Of a stretch of DNA of 64,000 nt, positions 50,482 through 60,063 are shown piece by piece (the first letter of the stretch is position 1; each line of letters opens with the position of its first letter). The notes below the pieces were generated by a model, which was not told where the DNA came from, searched no databases, and was given only the letters and a program-made list of their open reading frames with translations. The position numbers and the translations under genes were made by a program. This DNA is from an uncultured Natronomonas sp. GTDB taxonomy: Archaea; Halobacteriota; Halobacteria; Halobacteriales; Haloarculaceae. The DNA is taken from contig CAZOFL010000001.1 in the NCBI GenBank assembly GCA_964579035.1, positions 26,212 to 90,211 of the forward strand. Reading direction: 5' to 3'.

Positions 50482-52092
50482 GTGACCGCCGTGGCCGCTC
50501 CGCGTCGGTCCGTGGCCGTTCTCGTCGCCGCCGCCCTCCTCGCGCTCGCCGCCACCGCCGCGCTCTCGGGCGCGGTGGTCGGTCAGAACTCGCAGGGCGA
50601 ACCGGAACTGAACGGCTACCTCCCGGACGACGAGGTCGCCCCCGGAACCGAATCCGGGTTCGTGGTTCAGGTGCAAAACGACGCCCACGTCCGTTCGGGG
50701 CCCGCCACGGAGACGGTGACGACCGCCCGCGCCGTCAGCGTCGAGATCACCGACGACGGCCCCTTCGACGTCCGGACCGGCAGAACGCCGATCGGGCCGA
50801 TCCCCGACGGCTCGGTCTCTTCCGCCGAGTTCCGGGTCGTCGTCCCCGAGAATCTCGAGTCCGGCACGTACGACGTCGAGGCCCGGATCCGCTACTCCGT
50901 GACGAACCGTCAGAGTTCGAGCGGCGATCAGCGCCTGCGCCGGAGCACCCGCGAGACGTTCGAGGTGACCGTCACCGACGACGCGCTGTTCGCGATCGGC
51001 AACGCGACGACCGACGCCCAACCCGGCACGACGGGCGAGGCCGAGATCGAACTCGAAAACGTCGGCTCGGCGACGGCACACGGAACGACGGCGACGATCA
51101 CGGGCGGCGGCGGCGTCACGGTCGACGGCGGACAGGCCGAGGCGTTCCTCGGGGAGTTCGACCCCGGCGAGACGCGCACGGTCGGCGTCGACATCGAGAT
51201 CGCCCGCGCGATAGTCGGCGGCGAGAAGCCGATCGAAGCGGCATTCGAATACGCCGACGAAAACGGCATCGAACGCGCCGAACCCCGGACCGCGACGGGA
51301 CGAATCACGCCGCTCGCCGCCCAGTCGTTCAGCGTCGAGGATCTCGAAGACACCCTCTCGGTCGGGTACGACGGTCGAATCTCCGGAACCGTCCGCAACG
51401 ACGGCCCGACGCCGATCACCGACGGCGTGTTGGTGATCGAACCGGCGAGCGACTCGCTCGTGATCGAGGAGGGTCGGGTCGCGCTGTCGGAACTCGCCCC
51501 CGGCGAGACAGACGCCTTCGAGTTCCCGACCGACGTCGGCGGGCAGGCCGATCCCGGCCCGAGACAGGTCCGGTTCAGCCTCGAATACTCGAACGGCGGT
51601 CGCGAGACGACGACCGTCGGCCCGGTCTCCGAACGCGTCGTCGTCGACCCCCAACGGCAGGCGTTCACCGTCTCCGGCGAGGCGGTTCGCGTTCCGCAGG
51701 GTGGCGCGACGGAACTGTCGCTCGATCTCACCAACGAGCGGCCGGAGACGCTCCGGAACATCAACGCGAAACTCTACGCCGACAGCCCGCTCTCGACGAC
51801 GAACGACGAGACGTTCGTGACCGAACTCGAGCCGGGCGAATCCGGCGAGATCCGGTTCACCCTCGCTGCCGCCGGGAGCGCGATGCCGAACACGTACCGC
51901 GTCGAACTCGACTTCCAGTACGACACCGAGCGCGGGGACACCGTGTTGTCGCGTACGTACCAACACCCCATCGAGGTGACCGAACGGGCCGACGACGGCG
52001 ACGACGGGCCCTCGCCGCTTTTGATCGGCGGTGCCGCGATCGTCGCGCTCGTCCTCGTCGCCGCCGGGATCCGGTGGCGGAGACGGGACTGA
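50482..52092 (+). CDS. COG1361-type S-layer-domain cell-surface protein
   Basis: Signal peptide, repeated Ig-like units (GEFDPGET, ELAPGET, ELEPGES), C-terminal TM with basic tail; start uncertain. Confidence 0.85.
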   Translation: MTAVAAPRRSVAVLVAAALLALAATAALSGAVVGQNSQGEPELNGYLPDDEVAPGTESGFVVQVQNDAHVRSGPATETVTTARAVSVEITDDGPFDVRTGRTPIGPIPDGSVSSAEFRVVVPENLESGTYDVEARIRYSVTNRQSSSGDQRLRRSTRETFEVTVTDDALFAIGNATTDAQPGTTGEAEIELENVGSATAHGTTATITGGGGVTVDGGQAEAFLGEFDPGETRTVGVDIEIARAIVGGEKPIEAAFEYADENGIERAEPRTATGRITPLAAQSFSVEDLEDTLSVGYDGRISGTVRNDGPTPITDGVLVIEPASDSLVIEEGRVALSELAPGETDAFEFPTDVGGQADPGPRQVRFSLEYSNGGRETTTVGPVSERVVVDPQRQAFTVSGEAVRVPQGGATELSLDLTNERPETLRNINAKLYADSPLSTTNDETFVTELEPGESGEIRFTLAAAGSAMPNTYRVELDFQYDTERGDTVLSRTYQHPIEVTERADDGDDGPSPLLIGGAAIVALVLVAAGIRWRRRD

Positions 52093-52095
52093 CGG

Positions 52096-54600
52096 ATGGC
52101 TGCTGGGTCCGATAGCGAGGCGGATCGCTCCGACCCCTTCACGAGGCGGATCAACCCGCTGATAACGGACCGACCATGGGCTGTCGTTCTCGCCTTTCTC
52201 GCTCTCACGGCGCTTTTCGCCGGCGGGATCGGCGCGGGCGGCGACCAGCAGGCCGGCACCGACCAGTTCACCGACGACCTCGAGGAGTCACAGGCCCTAG
52301 AGGATATGGAGGAGAACTTCGGCGATGGGGTCCGGCCGAGCGGCGGGTCCAGCGCGAACCTGTTCTTGGAGGAGTCGAACGTCCTCTCGAAACCGAGCCT
52401 GTTGCGGATGCTCGAGGCCCAACACCGCCTCGAAACGCACGACACGCTCAGAGTCACCTCCACGACCAGCCCGGCGTCGCTCGCCGCCGGACAACTCGAT
52501 CCGTCCGCCGAGACCCCCGACGAACAGCGCCGGGTCATCCGGGGGGCCTCCGAGCGTCGGATTCGCGGCGCGCTCGCCGACGCCGACGAGGCGCAGGGCC
52601 TCCCGATCAGCACCGACTACAACCCGACCGCCGGCTCGGCGTCGGTCGCCCAACTCGCCGTGAGCTACGACACCCCGCCGCTGTCGGACACGAGCGACCG
52701 GGCGAGCCTCCAGTTCCGGACCGTCGACATCGTCACCGGGATCGACGGCTACGAGTCCGGCGAGAACGTCGTCGTCTTCGGCGATGCGATCATCGATCAG
52801 GAGGTCAACCAACTGCTCACGGACACCGCGATCCTGGTCTTTCCGGCGGCGCTTTTGCTCATCACGTTCTTCCTCGTCGTCGCCTACCGGGACCCGATCG
52901 ATCTCGGGTTAGGTGTCGTGGCCCTGCTGATGACGCTCGTGTGGACGTTCGGGTTCATGAGCTACGTGAACATCCCGTTCTCGGATTCGCTCATCACCGT
53001 GTTCCCGCTGCTTTTGGCGGTCGGGATCGACTTCGGGATCCACATCATCAACCGGTATCGCGAGGAACGAGCCGATGGTGCGACCATCGGCATGGCCATG
53101 GGGATCACCACCGAACAGCTCTCGACGGCGTTTCTCATCGTCACGATCACGACGATGATCAGCTTCATGGCGAACCTGACGAGCACGCTCGGCCAACTCC
53201 GGGATTTCGGGATCGTCGCCGCGGCCGGAATCTTGTTTACCTTTCTCATCTTCGGCGTGTTCCTGCCGGCCGGAAAGGTGGCTTTCGACGGGCTTCGGGA
53301 GGGGACCCGGTTCCCGGCGTTCGGATCGCGCCCGCTCGGACAGGAGGGGTCGATCCTCGGAACGGTGCTTCCGATCGGCACGAAGGCCGCACGTGTGATG
53401 CCCGCGGTCGTCCTCGTGTCGGCGCTCGCCATCGGGGCCGGCGGCGGGGCCTACGGGACCGGCGTCGACACCGAGTTCTCCCAGGAGGCGTTTTTTCCGG
53501 ACGAAGAGCGGGTCGAACAGTTACAGGCGCTCCCCGAGCCGTTCGCGCCCTCCGAGTACACCTTCATGGCCGTCCTGAGATATCTCGAGGAGGACTTCGA
53601 GCAGAACTTCGTCGGGAGCGTGACGGTGTACATCGACGACAGGGACGTCCGCTCCGACATGGCCCTCGCCGATATCGACCGGGCGCTCGACGATCCGCCA
53701 CCGGCGTTCGAGAGCGAGGACCGCAGGGCCGACGCGACGAGTATCGTCGGCGTCATGGAGTCACACGCCGAGGCCGACCCGGCGTTTGCACGCACCGTCG
53801 AACGCTACGACTCGACCGGCGACGGGATCCCCGACAGGAACGTCGACGTCGTGTACGAGGAACTGCTGGCGTCGTCGGCCGGCGACCGGGCCCGGAACTC
53901 GCTGACCGAGGACCGGAGCGCGACCCGGATCCAGTATCAACTCGACGTCGACACCGACGGGGCGGATGCGACGGCCGCCGCCCAGGAAGTCGCCGACGGG
54001 ATGCGCCTCGACGCGGTGCCGACCGGCAGTCTCGTCGTCAATCAGGTGGTTATCGACCGGATCACCGAGTCGGCGATCAACAGCCTCATCGTCGCCTTTC
54101 TGCTTACGGCGGTGTTTCTCATGCTCTCGTATCGGTGGCTCGAGGGGCGTGCCGTCTACGGGCTCATCAACCTCGTCCCGGTGTTGGTCACCGTCGGCGC
54201 GCTTGCGGGGTCGATGCGGTACTTCGGGATCCCGCTGACGCCGTTTAACGCGCCGATCCTCTCGGTGTCGATCGGCCTCGGCGTCGACTACACGGTCCAT
54301 TTCATGCACCGCTTCGTCGACGAGTTCGAGGCCGGCGAGGACGTCCACGACGCGCTCCGTGTCACCGCACAGGGGACCGGCGGCGCGCTGACCGGAAGCA
54401 TGTCGACGACCGTCTGTGGGCTCGGCGTGCTGTACATCGCGATCATCCCGCTTATCGCCGACTTCGGGCTGTTGCTTGCGTTGGGCGTGCTGTACGCGTA
54501 TCTCGCCTCGATCCTCGTGTTGCCCTCGGTGGTCGTCGCCTGGTACGCCCTCGAGACGCGGTACGTGCCGGTGGCGCTCGCCGCGGTCGGGCGGCGCTGA
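52096..54600 (+). CDS. RND/MMPL-family transporter
   Basis: Two repeats with LLAVGIDFGIH..RYREE and SIGLGVDYTVHFMHRF; large extracytoplasmic loops. Confidence 0.92.
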   Translation: MAAGSDSEADRSDPFTRRINPLITDRPWAVVLAFLALTALFAGGIGAGGDQQAGTDQFTDDLEESQALEDMEENFGDGVRPSGGSSANLFLEESNVLSKPSLLRMLEAQHRLETHDTLRVTSTTSPASLAAGQLDPSAETPDEQRRVIRGASERRIRGALADADEAQGLPISTDYNPTAGSASVAQLAVSYDTPPLSDTSDRASLQFRTVDIVTGIDGYESGENVVVFGDAIIDQEVNQLLTDTAILVFPAALLLITFFLVVAYRDPIDLGLGVVALLMTLVWTFGFMSYVNIPFSDSLITVFPLLLAVGIDFGIHIINRYREERADGATIGMAMGITTEQLSTAFLIVTITTMISFMANLTSTLGQLRDFGIVAAAGILFTFLIFGVFLPAGKVAFDGLREGTRFPAFGSRPLGQEGSILGTVLPIGTKAARVMPAVVLVSALAIGAGGGAYGTGVDTEFSQEAFFPDEERVEQLQALPEPFAPSEYTFMAVLRYLEEDFEQNFVGSVTVYIDDRDVRSDMALADIDRALDDPPPAFESEDRRADATSIVGVMESHAEADPAFARTVERYDSTGDGIPDRNVDVVYEELLASSAGDRARNSLTEDRSATRIQYQLDVDTDGADATAAAQEVADGMRLDAVPTGSLVVNQVVIDRITESAINSLIVAFLLTAVFLMLSYRWLEGRAVYGLINLVPVLVTVGALAGSMRYFGIPLTPFNAPILSVSIGLGVDYTVHFMHRFVDEFEAGEDVHDALRVTAQGTGGALTGSMSTTVCGLGVLYIAIIPLIADFGLLLALGVLYAYLASILVLPSVVVAWYALETRYVPVALAAVGRR

Positions 54601-54681
54601 CGCGCCGCCGTCCTCCCGGCGGGACCTGGCCAACCCGGCCGGAGCCGAAGACCCTTTTTTTAATGCTCCCGTAATCAGTTC

Positions 54682-55731
54682 ATGAAACGTCAGACGCGGC
54701 GACGGTTTCTGGTCGGTGCGGCCGGCGTTGCCGCCGGGCTCGCCGGCTGTACGACCGGCGCCCGCGACGCGCCGGACCCCGTCCAACCGGCCGAGACACC
54801 CCCTGATACCGACTCTCAGTACACCGCGGCCTACGAGGGAACGATCGATTCAGTCGCTTTCGTCGGCGACGAATCCGGCGGCGGCTCCGGCTTCGTCTAC
54901 GATGGTGTCGTCGTCACGAACCAACACGTCGTCAGGGACGCCGAAACGATCAACGTCCGCTTCGAGAACGGCGAGTGGCGGGACGCCGGCGTCACCGCAA
55001 CCGACGTGTACGCCGATCTCGCGGTGCTTTCGACCGATATTCCCGACTACGCCCGCTCGCTCTCGTTCGTCTCCTCCGTCCCCGCGGTCGGCACCGAAGT
55101 GCTCGCTTTGGGCAGTCCGTTCGGGCTCGAATCATCGGTTTCCGCGGGGATCATAAGCGGCCGAAACCGGTCGCTGCCGAACGAGCAGACCGGCTTTTCG
55201 ATCCCGAACACCGTCCAGACGGACGCCGGATTGGACCCCGGAAACAGCGGCGGCCCGGTCGTCACGATGGACGGGGCGGTGACCGGCGTCGCCGTCGCGG
55301 GGGCGGGAACGAGCGTCGGCTTCGCCGTCTCGCCGCTGCTCTCACGGCGGGTGTTGCCGGAACTGATCGAGACGGGCAACTACGACCACCCGTTCCTCGG
55401 GATCCAGCTGGTGGAGGTGTCGCCGGCGGTCGCGGCGGCGAACGACATCGGCGAACCGCGGGGGATCATGGTCGTCCAGACGACCGAGGACGGGCCCGCC
55501 GGCGAGACGCTACGGGGAGCAACGGACGAGACTACGGTCGACGGCCGTCCCGTGCCGATCGGCGGCGACGTGCTCGTCGAACTCGACGGGACCCGGATCG
55601 ACTCGAATGCGGACCTCGGGACGAAACTCGCGCTCGAACTCTCGGCCGGCGACCGCGTGCAGGCGACGGTCCTTCGCGACGGCGAGCGTCAGGAAGTGAC
55701 GGTCGGGATCGGCAGACGGCCGGAACCGTAA
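54682..55731 (+). CDS. HtrA/S1C serine protease with PDZ domain, Tat lipoprotein
   Basis: RRRFL...LAGC; GSGF, VTNQHVV, DLAVL, QTDAGLDPGNSGGP. Confidence 0.92.
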   Translation: MKRQTRRRFLVGAAGVAAGLAGCTTGARDAPDPVQPAETPPDTDSQYTAAYEGTIDSVAFVGDESGGGSGFVYDGVVVTNQHVVRDAETINVRFENGEWRDAGVTATDVYADLAVLSTDIPDYARSLSFVSSVPAVGTEVLALGSPFGLESSVSAGIISGRNRSLPNEQTGFSIPNTVQTDAGLDPGNSGGPVVTMDGAVTGVAVAGAGTSVGFAVSPLLSRRVLPELIETGNYDHPFLGIQLVEVSPAVAAANDIGEPRGIMVVQTTEDGPAGETLRGATDETTVDGRPVPIGGDVLVELDGTRIDSNADLGTKLALELSAGDRVQATVLRDGERQEVTVGIGRRPEP

Positions 55732-55732
55732 C

Positions 55733-56140
55733 CTAGTCGTCTTCGTCCGCAGTTTCGGCCGCTTCGAGCGCGCTTCGGAGTTCCGGTATCGTGGCCGTGA
55801 GTTCGCTCACCTGCTCGTGGGCGTCCGCGATCCGCGTCAGCGTCCCCTCGAGTTCGCCGATTTCCGCCTCGAGGTCGTCGGCGTCCTCGAACGCGTCGGC
55901 TTTCCGCCCGATCGCGAACCACTTTTTGGCGTCCCGGAGGTGCTCCTCGGCGTCGCCGGTATCGAGTGCGCCTTTCAATCCGTTGAGAACCCCGAGCGTG
56001 TTGTCGGCCTCGACGTCCCAGACGGCGGCCGATTCCGGAAGGGCCGCCTTCGCCGCCGCGAGGCTCGATTCCACGTCCTCGCGCATCTCCGTGGCGGCTT
56101 CGTCGAACAGATCGTCGTCGTCGAGTGTGGCCTGGCTCAT
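55733..56140 (-). CDS. Conserved haloarchaeal protein (DUF5790-like, from memory)
   Basis: MSQATLDDDDLFDEAATEMREDVE...NTLGVLNGLK...DAKKWF. Confidence 0.8.
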   Translation of the reverse strand: MSQATLDDDDLFDEAATEMREDVESSLAAAKAALPESAAVWDVEADNTLGVLNGLKGALDTGDAEEHLRDAKKWFAIGRKADAFEDADDLEAEIGELEGTLTRIADAHEQVSELTATIPELRSALEAAETADEDD

Positions 56141-56263
56141 ACCTAACAGTTCGCACGCCCGCGGTTAAAAACACGCCGCAAAGCGGAAGTGAAACGCCGG
56201 CATCCGCGGGCCGTTATCGTGGCTTCTCCCCTCCGTCGCCGCTATTTCGTCAAAACGACCGCC

Positions 56264-56611
56264 TCAGCCCTCGATCTGCTTGAGTTCCATCCGCGGGTAG
56301 TCGCCGTCCATCGCCATCGCGGCGACGACGGTGTGGCCCTCGTATTCGATCGTGATCTCGACCTCCATGAACCGCCCCGTGAGTTCCGTGTAGTCGGCCG
56401 ACTGCTCAGCGAGCTCCGCCCCGAGCGCGTCGTCGAGAATCTCGACGTCGACGCCGGCACAGAACGGCTGGTTCCCGATGGCCTCCTCGATCGCCCGTTC
56501 GAGGCTCGCGCTGCTGTCGGGCGACACCGGCGTCCCGGCGAACTGGTGATAGAGGCTCCCGAACTTGATTCCGGCCTCGAAACAGGCCGTCTGGGGTGTC
56601 GTCGGCTCCAT
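56264..56611 (-). CDS. mptD: Archaeal dihydroneopterin aldolase
   Basis: CFEAGIKFGSLYHQFAGTPV, NQPF, YTELTG, YPRM. Confidence 0.9.
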   Translation of the reverse strand: MEPTTPQTACFEAGIKFGSLYHQFAGTPVSPDSSASLERAIEEAIGNQPFCAGVDVEILDDALGAELAEQSADYTELTGRFMEVEITIEYEGHTVVAAMAMDGDYPRMELKQIEG

Positions 56612-56719
56612 ACGCCCCGGTCGGCGGCCGGCCACTAATCGGTTCGGCCTCCGGCCGGTTCGGCCGCCCCGTCTCCGGTACCGAGGCCCTTTTTGCCCGC
56701 TGTACCCCTCGATAAGTGT

Positions 56720-57472
56720 ATGGAGACGTTCGCGGTTCCGGGGCTCCCGGAGATCGAGGCGGGCGACGACCTCGCCGCGCTCATCGCCGACCGGGTCGAG
56801 TTCGACGACGGCGACGTGCTCTGTGTCGCGAGCACGGTCGTCTCGAAAGCCGAGGGGCGGAAAGCCGACCTCTCGGCGTTTCCGGCCTCCGAACGGGCCG
56901 AGCGGATCGCCGCTCGGCTCGAATCGGTGACCGGCGAGTCGAAGGACCCCCGGTTCGCACAGGCGGTCCTCGAGGAGAGCGAGGAACTGCTCACCGACGC
57001 CCCGTTTTTGCTCGCCGTGACGCGGTTCGGACACATCACCGTCAACGCGGGCATCGACCGCTCGAACGTCCCCGGCGCCGAACTCCTCCTGTTGCCCGAG
57101 GATCCGACCGCCTCGGCCGAACGCCTCTCGTCGTCCCTCGGCGTCCCGGTCGTCGTCACCGACACGTCGGGTCGCCCGTTCCGGTACGGCCAACGCGGCG
57201 TCGCCCTCGGGTGGGCCGGCCTCCCGGCGGCCCGCGACTGGCGCGGCGAATCCGACCGTGACGGCCGCGAACTCGGCGTGACCGTGCAGGCGGTCGTCGA
57301 CGAACTCGCCGCGGCGGCGAATCTCGTCGCCGGCGAGGGCGGTGGCGGAACGCCCGCCGTCGTGGTCCGTGGGTGGGCGTTCGGCGATCACGCCGGCAGC
57401 GACGACCTCTTCCGTCGCGAGGAGGACGACATCGTCCGCGAAGCACTCCGTGAGTGGGAGTTCGACGCGTGA
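56720..57472 (+). CDS. cofE: Coenzyme F420-0:L-glutamate ligase
   Basis: GLPEIEAGDDLA, ASTVVSKAEGR, NAGIDRSN, LLPEDP, TDTSGRPFRYG, DELAAAANLV. Confidence 0.95.
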   Translation: METFAVPGLPEIEAGDDLAALIADRVEFDDGDVLCVASTVVSKAEGRKADLSAFPASERAERIAARLESVTGESKDPRFAQAVLEESEELLTDAPFLLAVTRFGHITVNAGIDRSNVPGAELLLLPEDPTASAERLSSSLGVPVVVTDTSGRPFRYGQRGVALGWAGLPAARDWRGESDRDGRELGVTVQAVVDELAAAANLVAGEGGGGTPAVVVRGWAFGDHAGSDDLFRREEDDIVREALREWEFDA

Positions 57473-57518
57473 CTCCCGCCCGCTACCGTCCCGCCGAGGA
57501 CGGACCGAACCAAGACCA

Positions 57519-58508
57519 ATGCTAGGTATCGAACTCACCCCCGAACATCCCGTCAGTCGCATCGCCGAACTCGGCGAACACGCCGAAGCAAACGGCTTCG
57601 ACACCGTGTTCAGCTCCTGTCACTACAACAACCGAGACCCCTTCGTCGCGCTGGATCGGATCGCCCAGCGGACGGAGTCCGTCCGGCTCGGTCCGGGCAT
57701 CGCGAACCCCTACGAGACCCACCCCGTCACGCTCGCCTCGCGGGTCGCCTCCCTCGATGAAGCCTCCGGAGGCCGCGCCGTGTACGGTATCGGCCCCGGC
57801 GACCGCTCCACGCTGGAGAACCTCGGGTTCGAACACGACCGGGCGCTTCGACGGGTTCTGGAGGCGTTCAAAGTCGCCCAGGACCTCTTCGACGGCGAGC
57901 GCGTCGACCACGACGGCACGTTTCAGGCGACGGACGCGGGGTTGAACTTCGAGGCCCCGAGCGAGTCGATCCCGATCTACGTCGGCGCACAGGGGCCACA
58001 GATGATCCGGATGTCGGCGAAACACGCCGACGGAATACTTCTGAACGGCTCACATCCGAAGGACATCGCGTGGGCGGCCGACCAGGTCGCGGCGGGCAAA
58101 GAGGAGCGCCCGGCCGAGCGCGGCGAGTTCGACTTCGCCGCCTACGCGTCGGTGTCGCTTTCCTCGGACGCCGACGCGGCCCGCGAGGCCGCCCGCCCGC
58201 CGGTCGCGTTCATTACGGCGGGGGCGGCCCCACCCGTTCTGGATCGACACGACATCGACCGCGAGACGGCCGAGACCATCGGTACTCACATCTCGGCCGG
58301 CGAGTTCGACGCCGCTTTCGAGGCCGTGACGGACGGGATGATAGACGCCTTCTGCATCACGGGCACGCCCGAAGAAGTGGAGGACCGGATCGACGCTGTG
58401 CTCGAGCACGCCGACAGCTTCGTCGCGGGATCGCCGCTCGGCCCGGAGCTCGACGAGGCGATCAGGCTGGCTGGTTCGGTTCTTCCGACCCGGACAGACC
58501 CTGCTTGA
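57519..58508 (+). CDS. mer: F420-dependent Mer-like reductase (luciferase-like monooxygenase fold)
   Basis: HYNNRD, GPGIANPYETHP, GIGPGD, YVGAQGPQM, ADGILLN, GSPLGP. Confidence 0.88.
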   Translation: MLGIELTPEHPVSRIAELGEHAEANGFDTVFSSCHYNNRDPFVALDRIAQRTESVRLGPGIANPYETHPVTLASRVASLDEASGGRAVYGIGPGDRSTLENLGFEHDRALRRVLEAFKVAQDLFDGERVDHDGTFQATDAGLNFEAPSESIPIYVGAQGPQMIRMSAKHADGILLNGSHPKDIAWAADQVAAGKEERPAERGEFDFAAYASVSLSSDADAAREAARPPVAFITAGAAPPVLDRHDIDRETAETIGTHISAGEFDAAFEAVTDGMIDAFCITGTPEEVEDRIDAVLEHADSFVAGSPLGPELDEAIRLAGSVLPTRTDPA

Positions 58509-58683
58509 TCGCGGCGCCGACCGCCCCGAGCGTCGCGACGCCGAAGACGGTAACCGCGAACCCGGTGATGATCGCGCCGCTGAGCATCATCGCGGCGACG
58601 AGCGGATCGACGCTCGCGATCGCCGCAAACTGCTCGAGCGCACCGACGGTGTTCTCCCGGACCCCGGTCTCGATTTCGACCAT
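58462..58683 (-). CDS. Small membrane protein (overlaps the mer 3' end)
   Basis: DPLVAAMMLSGAIITGFAVTVFGVATLGA hydrophobic segment. Confidence 0.55.
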   Translation of the reverse strand: MVEIETGVRENTVGALEQFAAIASVDPLVAAMMLSGAIITGFAVTVFGVATLGAVGAAIKQGLSGSEEPNQPA

Positions 58684-58790
58684 ACTCGACCGTGGGGGCC
58701 GGTCCTACTTGTGTGTGTCCGTCTCCGGCCGTCGGGTCCCGCCCGTGGGACGCCCTCATTGTTCAAGTGGTTGGCACGCCACCGAACGGT

Positions 58791-59126
58791 ATGGAAGACG
58801 CCTCGCTCGAGGAGTTTCTCGACGATACGGCCGGCGGCGACGAGGGGGTCGACGGGAGCGAACCGGAGGAGGACGGATGCGACGCGGACGACAGCTCCGA
58901 TACGGCCCGGGAAGGCGACGGGGACGGCGGCACCACCGGATCGACCGACGCCGATCACGTGGCGTCGCCCGGCCCCGAATCCGCCGACTCGACCGACGCC
59001 GACCGGACGCGGTCGACCTACGCGTGGGATCCTGCGGGGGTCGCCTGTCCGGACTGCGGTGCGGTCGTCGGACGGCGCTGGCGGGACGGCGACCGGTTCG
59101 TCTGTGCCGAGTGCAAGGCGTGGTAG
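58791..59126 (+). CDS. Small acidic protein with C-terminal Zn ribbon (CPxCG type)
   Basis: EDASLEEFL...STYAW..CPDCG...RRW...VCAECKAW. Confidence 0.8.
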   Translation: MEDASLEEFLDDTAGGDEGVDGSEPEEDGCDADDSSDTAREGDGDGGTTGSTDADHVASPGPESADSTDADRTRSTYAWDPAGVACPDCGAVVGRRWRDGDRFVCAECKAW

Positions 59127-59177
59127 CTGCCGGCGTCGCTCCGACAACGAAAAGACCCGCCCCGCACAAGCGTGAGT

Positions 59178-60023
59178 ATGCGAATCGCCGTGCCCAACAA
59201 GGGGCGTCTCCACGAGCCGGCGCTCGAACTGCTCGAACGCGCCGGCCTCCACGTACAGGACGGCGCCGACCGGAAGCTGTATGCGAACACCGTCGACCCG
59301 GACGTGTCGGTGCTGTTCGCCCGCGCGGCCGACATCCCCGAGTACGTCGGTGACGGGGCGGCGGCGCTCGGCATCACCGGCTTAGACCAGGCCCGCGAGT
59401 CCGAAAGCGATCTCGTCGAGCTTCTCGACCTCGAGTTCGGGGCCTGTCGGCTCGTCCTCGCCTCGCCCGAGGACGGCGGCGTCACCTCGCCCGAGGAGCT
59501 TTCGGGCGGCACCGTCGCCACGGAGTTTCCGAAGATCACGCGACACTACTTCGAGGAGCTCGCTATCAGCCCGGAGATCGTCGAGGTGTCGGGTGCGACC
59601 GAACTGACGCCGCACGTCGACATCGCCGACGCCATCGTGGACATCACCTCGACGGGGACGACGCTGCGGATGAACCGCCTCTCGATCGTCGACGAGGTGC
59701 TCGAGTCGTCGGTTCGACTGTTCGCCGACCCGGGCCTCGCCGACGAGCCGAAGGTCGACCAGATAACGACCGCGTTCCGGTCGGTGCTCGACGCCGACGG
59801 GAAACGCTACGTGATGATGAACGTACCAGCGGATGCCCTCGAAGAAGTGAAAGCGCAGATCCCCGGCATGGGCGGGCCGACGGTGATGGACGTCGCGGGG
59901 CAAGACGCCGTCGCCGTCCACGTCGTCGTCGACGAGCGGGAGGTGTTCGAGGTGATCCCCGACCTGAAAGCGGCCGGCGCGAGCGATATACTCGTCACCG
60001 AGATCGAACGGCTCGTCCCGTAG
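59178..60023 (+). CDS. hisG: ATP phosphoribosyltransferase (long form)
   Basis: [44 protein letters not shown]-terminal ACT-like domain. Confidence 0.97.
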   Translation: MRIAVPNKGRLHEPALELLERAGLHVQDGADRKLYANTVDPDVSVLFARAADIPEYVGDGAAALGITGLDQARESESDLVELLDLEFGACRLVLASPEDGGVTSPEELSGGTVATEFPKITRHYFEELAISPEIVEVSGATELTPHVDIADAIVDITSTGTTLRMNRLSIVDEVLESSVRLFADPGLADEPKVDQITTAFRSVLDADGKRYVMMNVPADALEEVKAQIPGMGGPTVMDVAGQDAVAVHVVVDEREVFEVIPDLKAAGASDILVTEIERLVP

Positions 60024-60063
60024 CCGCGTCCCGCCGACGGCCGCGGGGCGAACGTGCTCCCGT

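Noticed and set aside
52176-54248. Long alternative-frame and antisense ORFs (this 690-aa one, 14667-16043, 27075-28547, 50314-51966 and many others)
   Set aside because: Arg/Pro/Gly-rich shadow ORFs expected in high-GC DNA; they overlap well-supported genes and lack motifs.
58462-58508. 47-bp convergent overlap of mer and a small membrane gene as antisense regulation
   Set aside because: Short 3' overlaps are common in compact haloarchaeal genomes, and nothing else supports a regulatory role.
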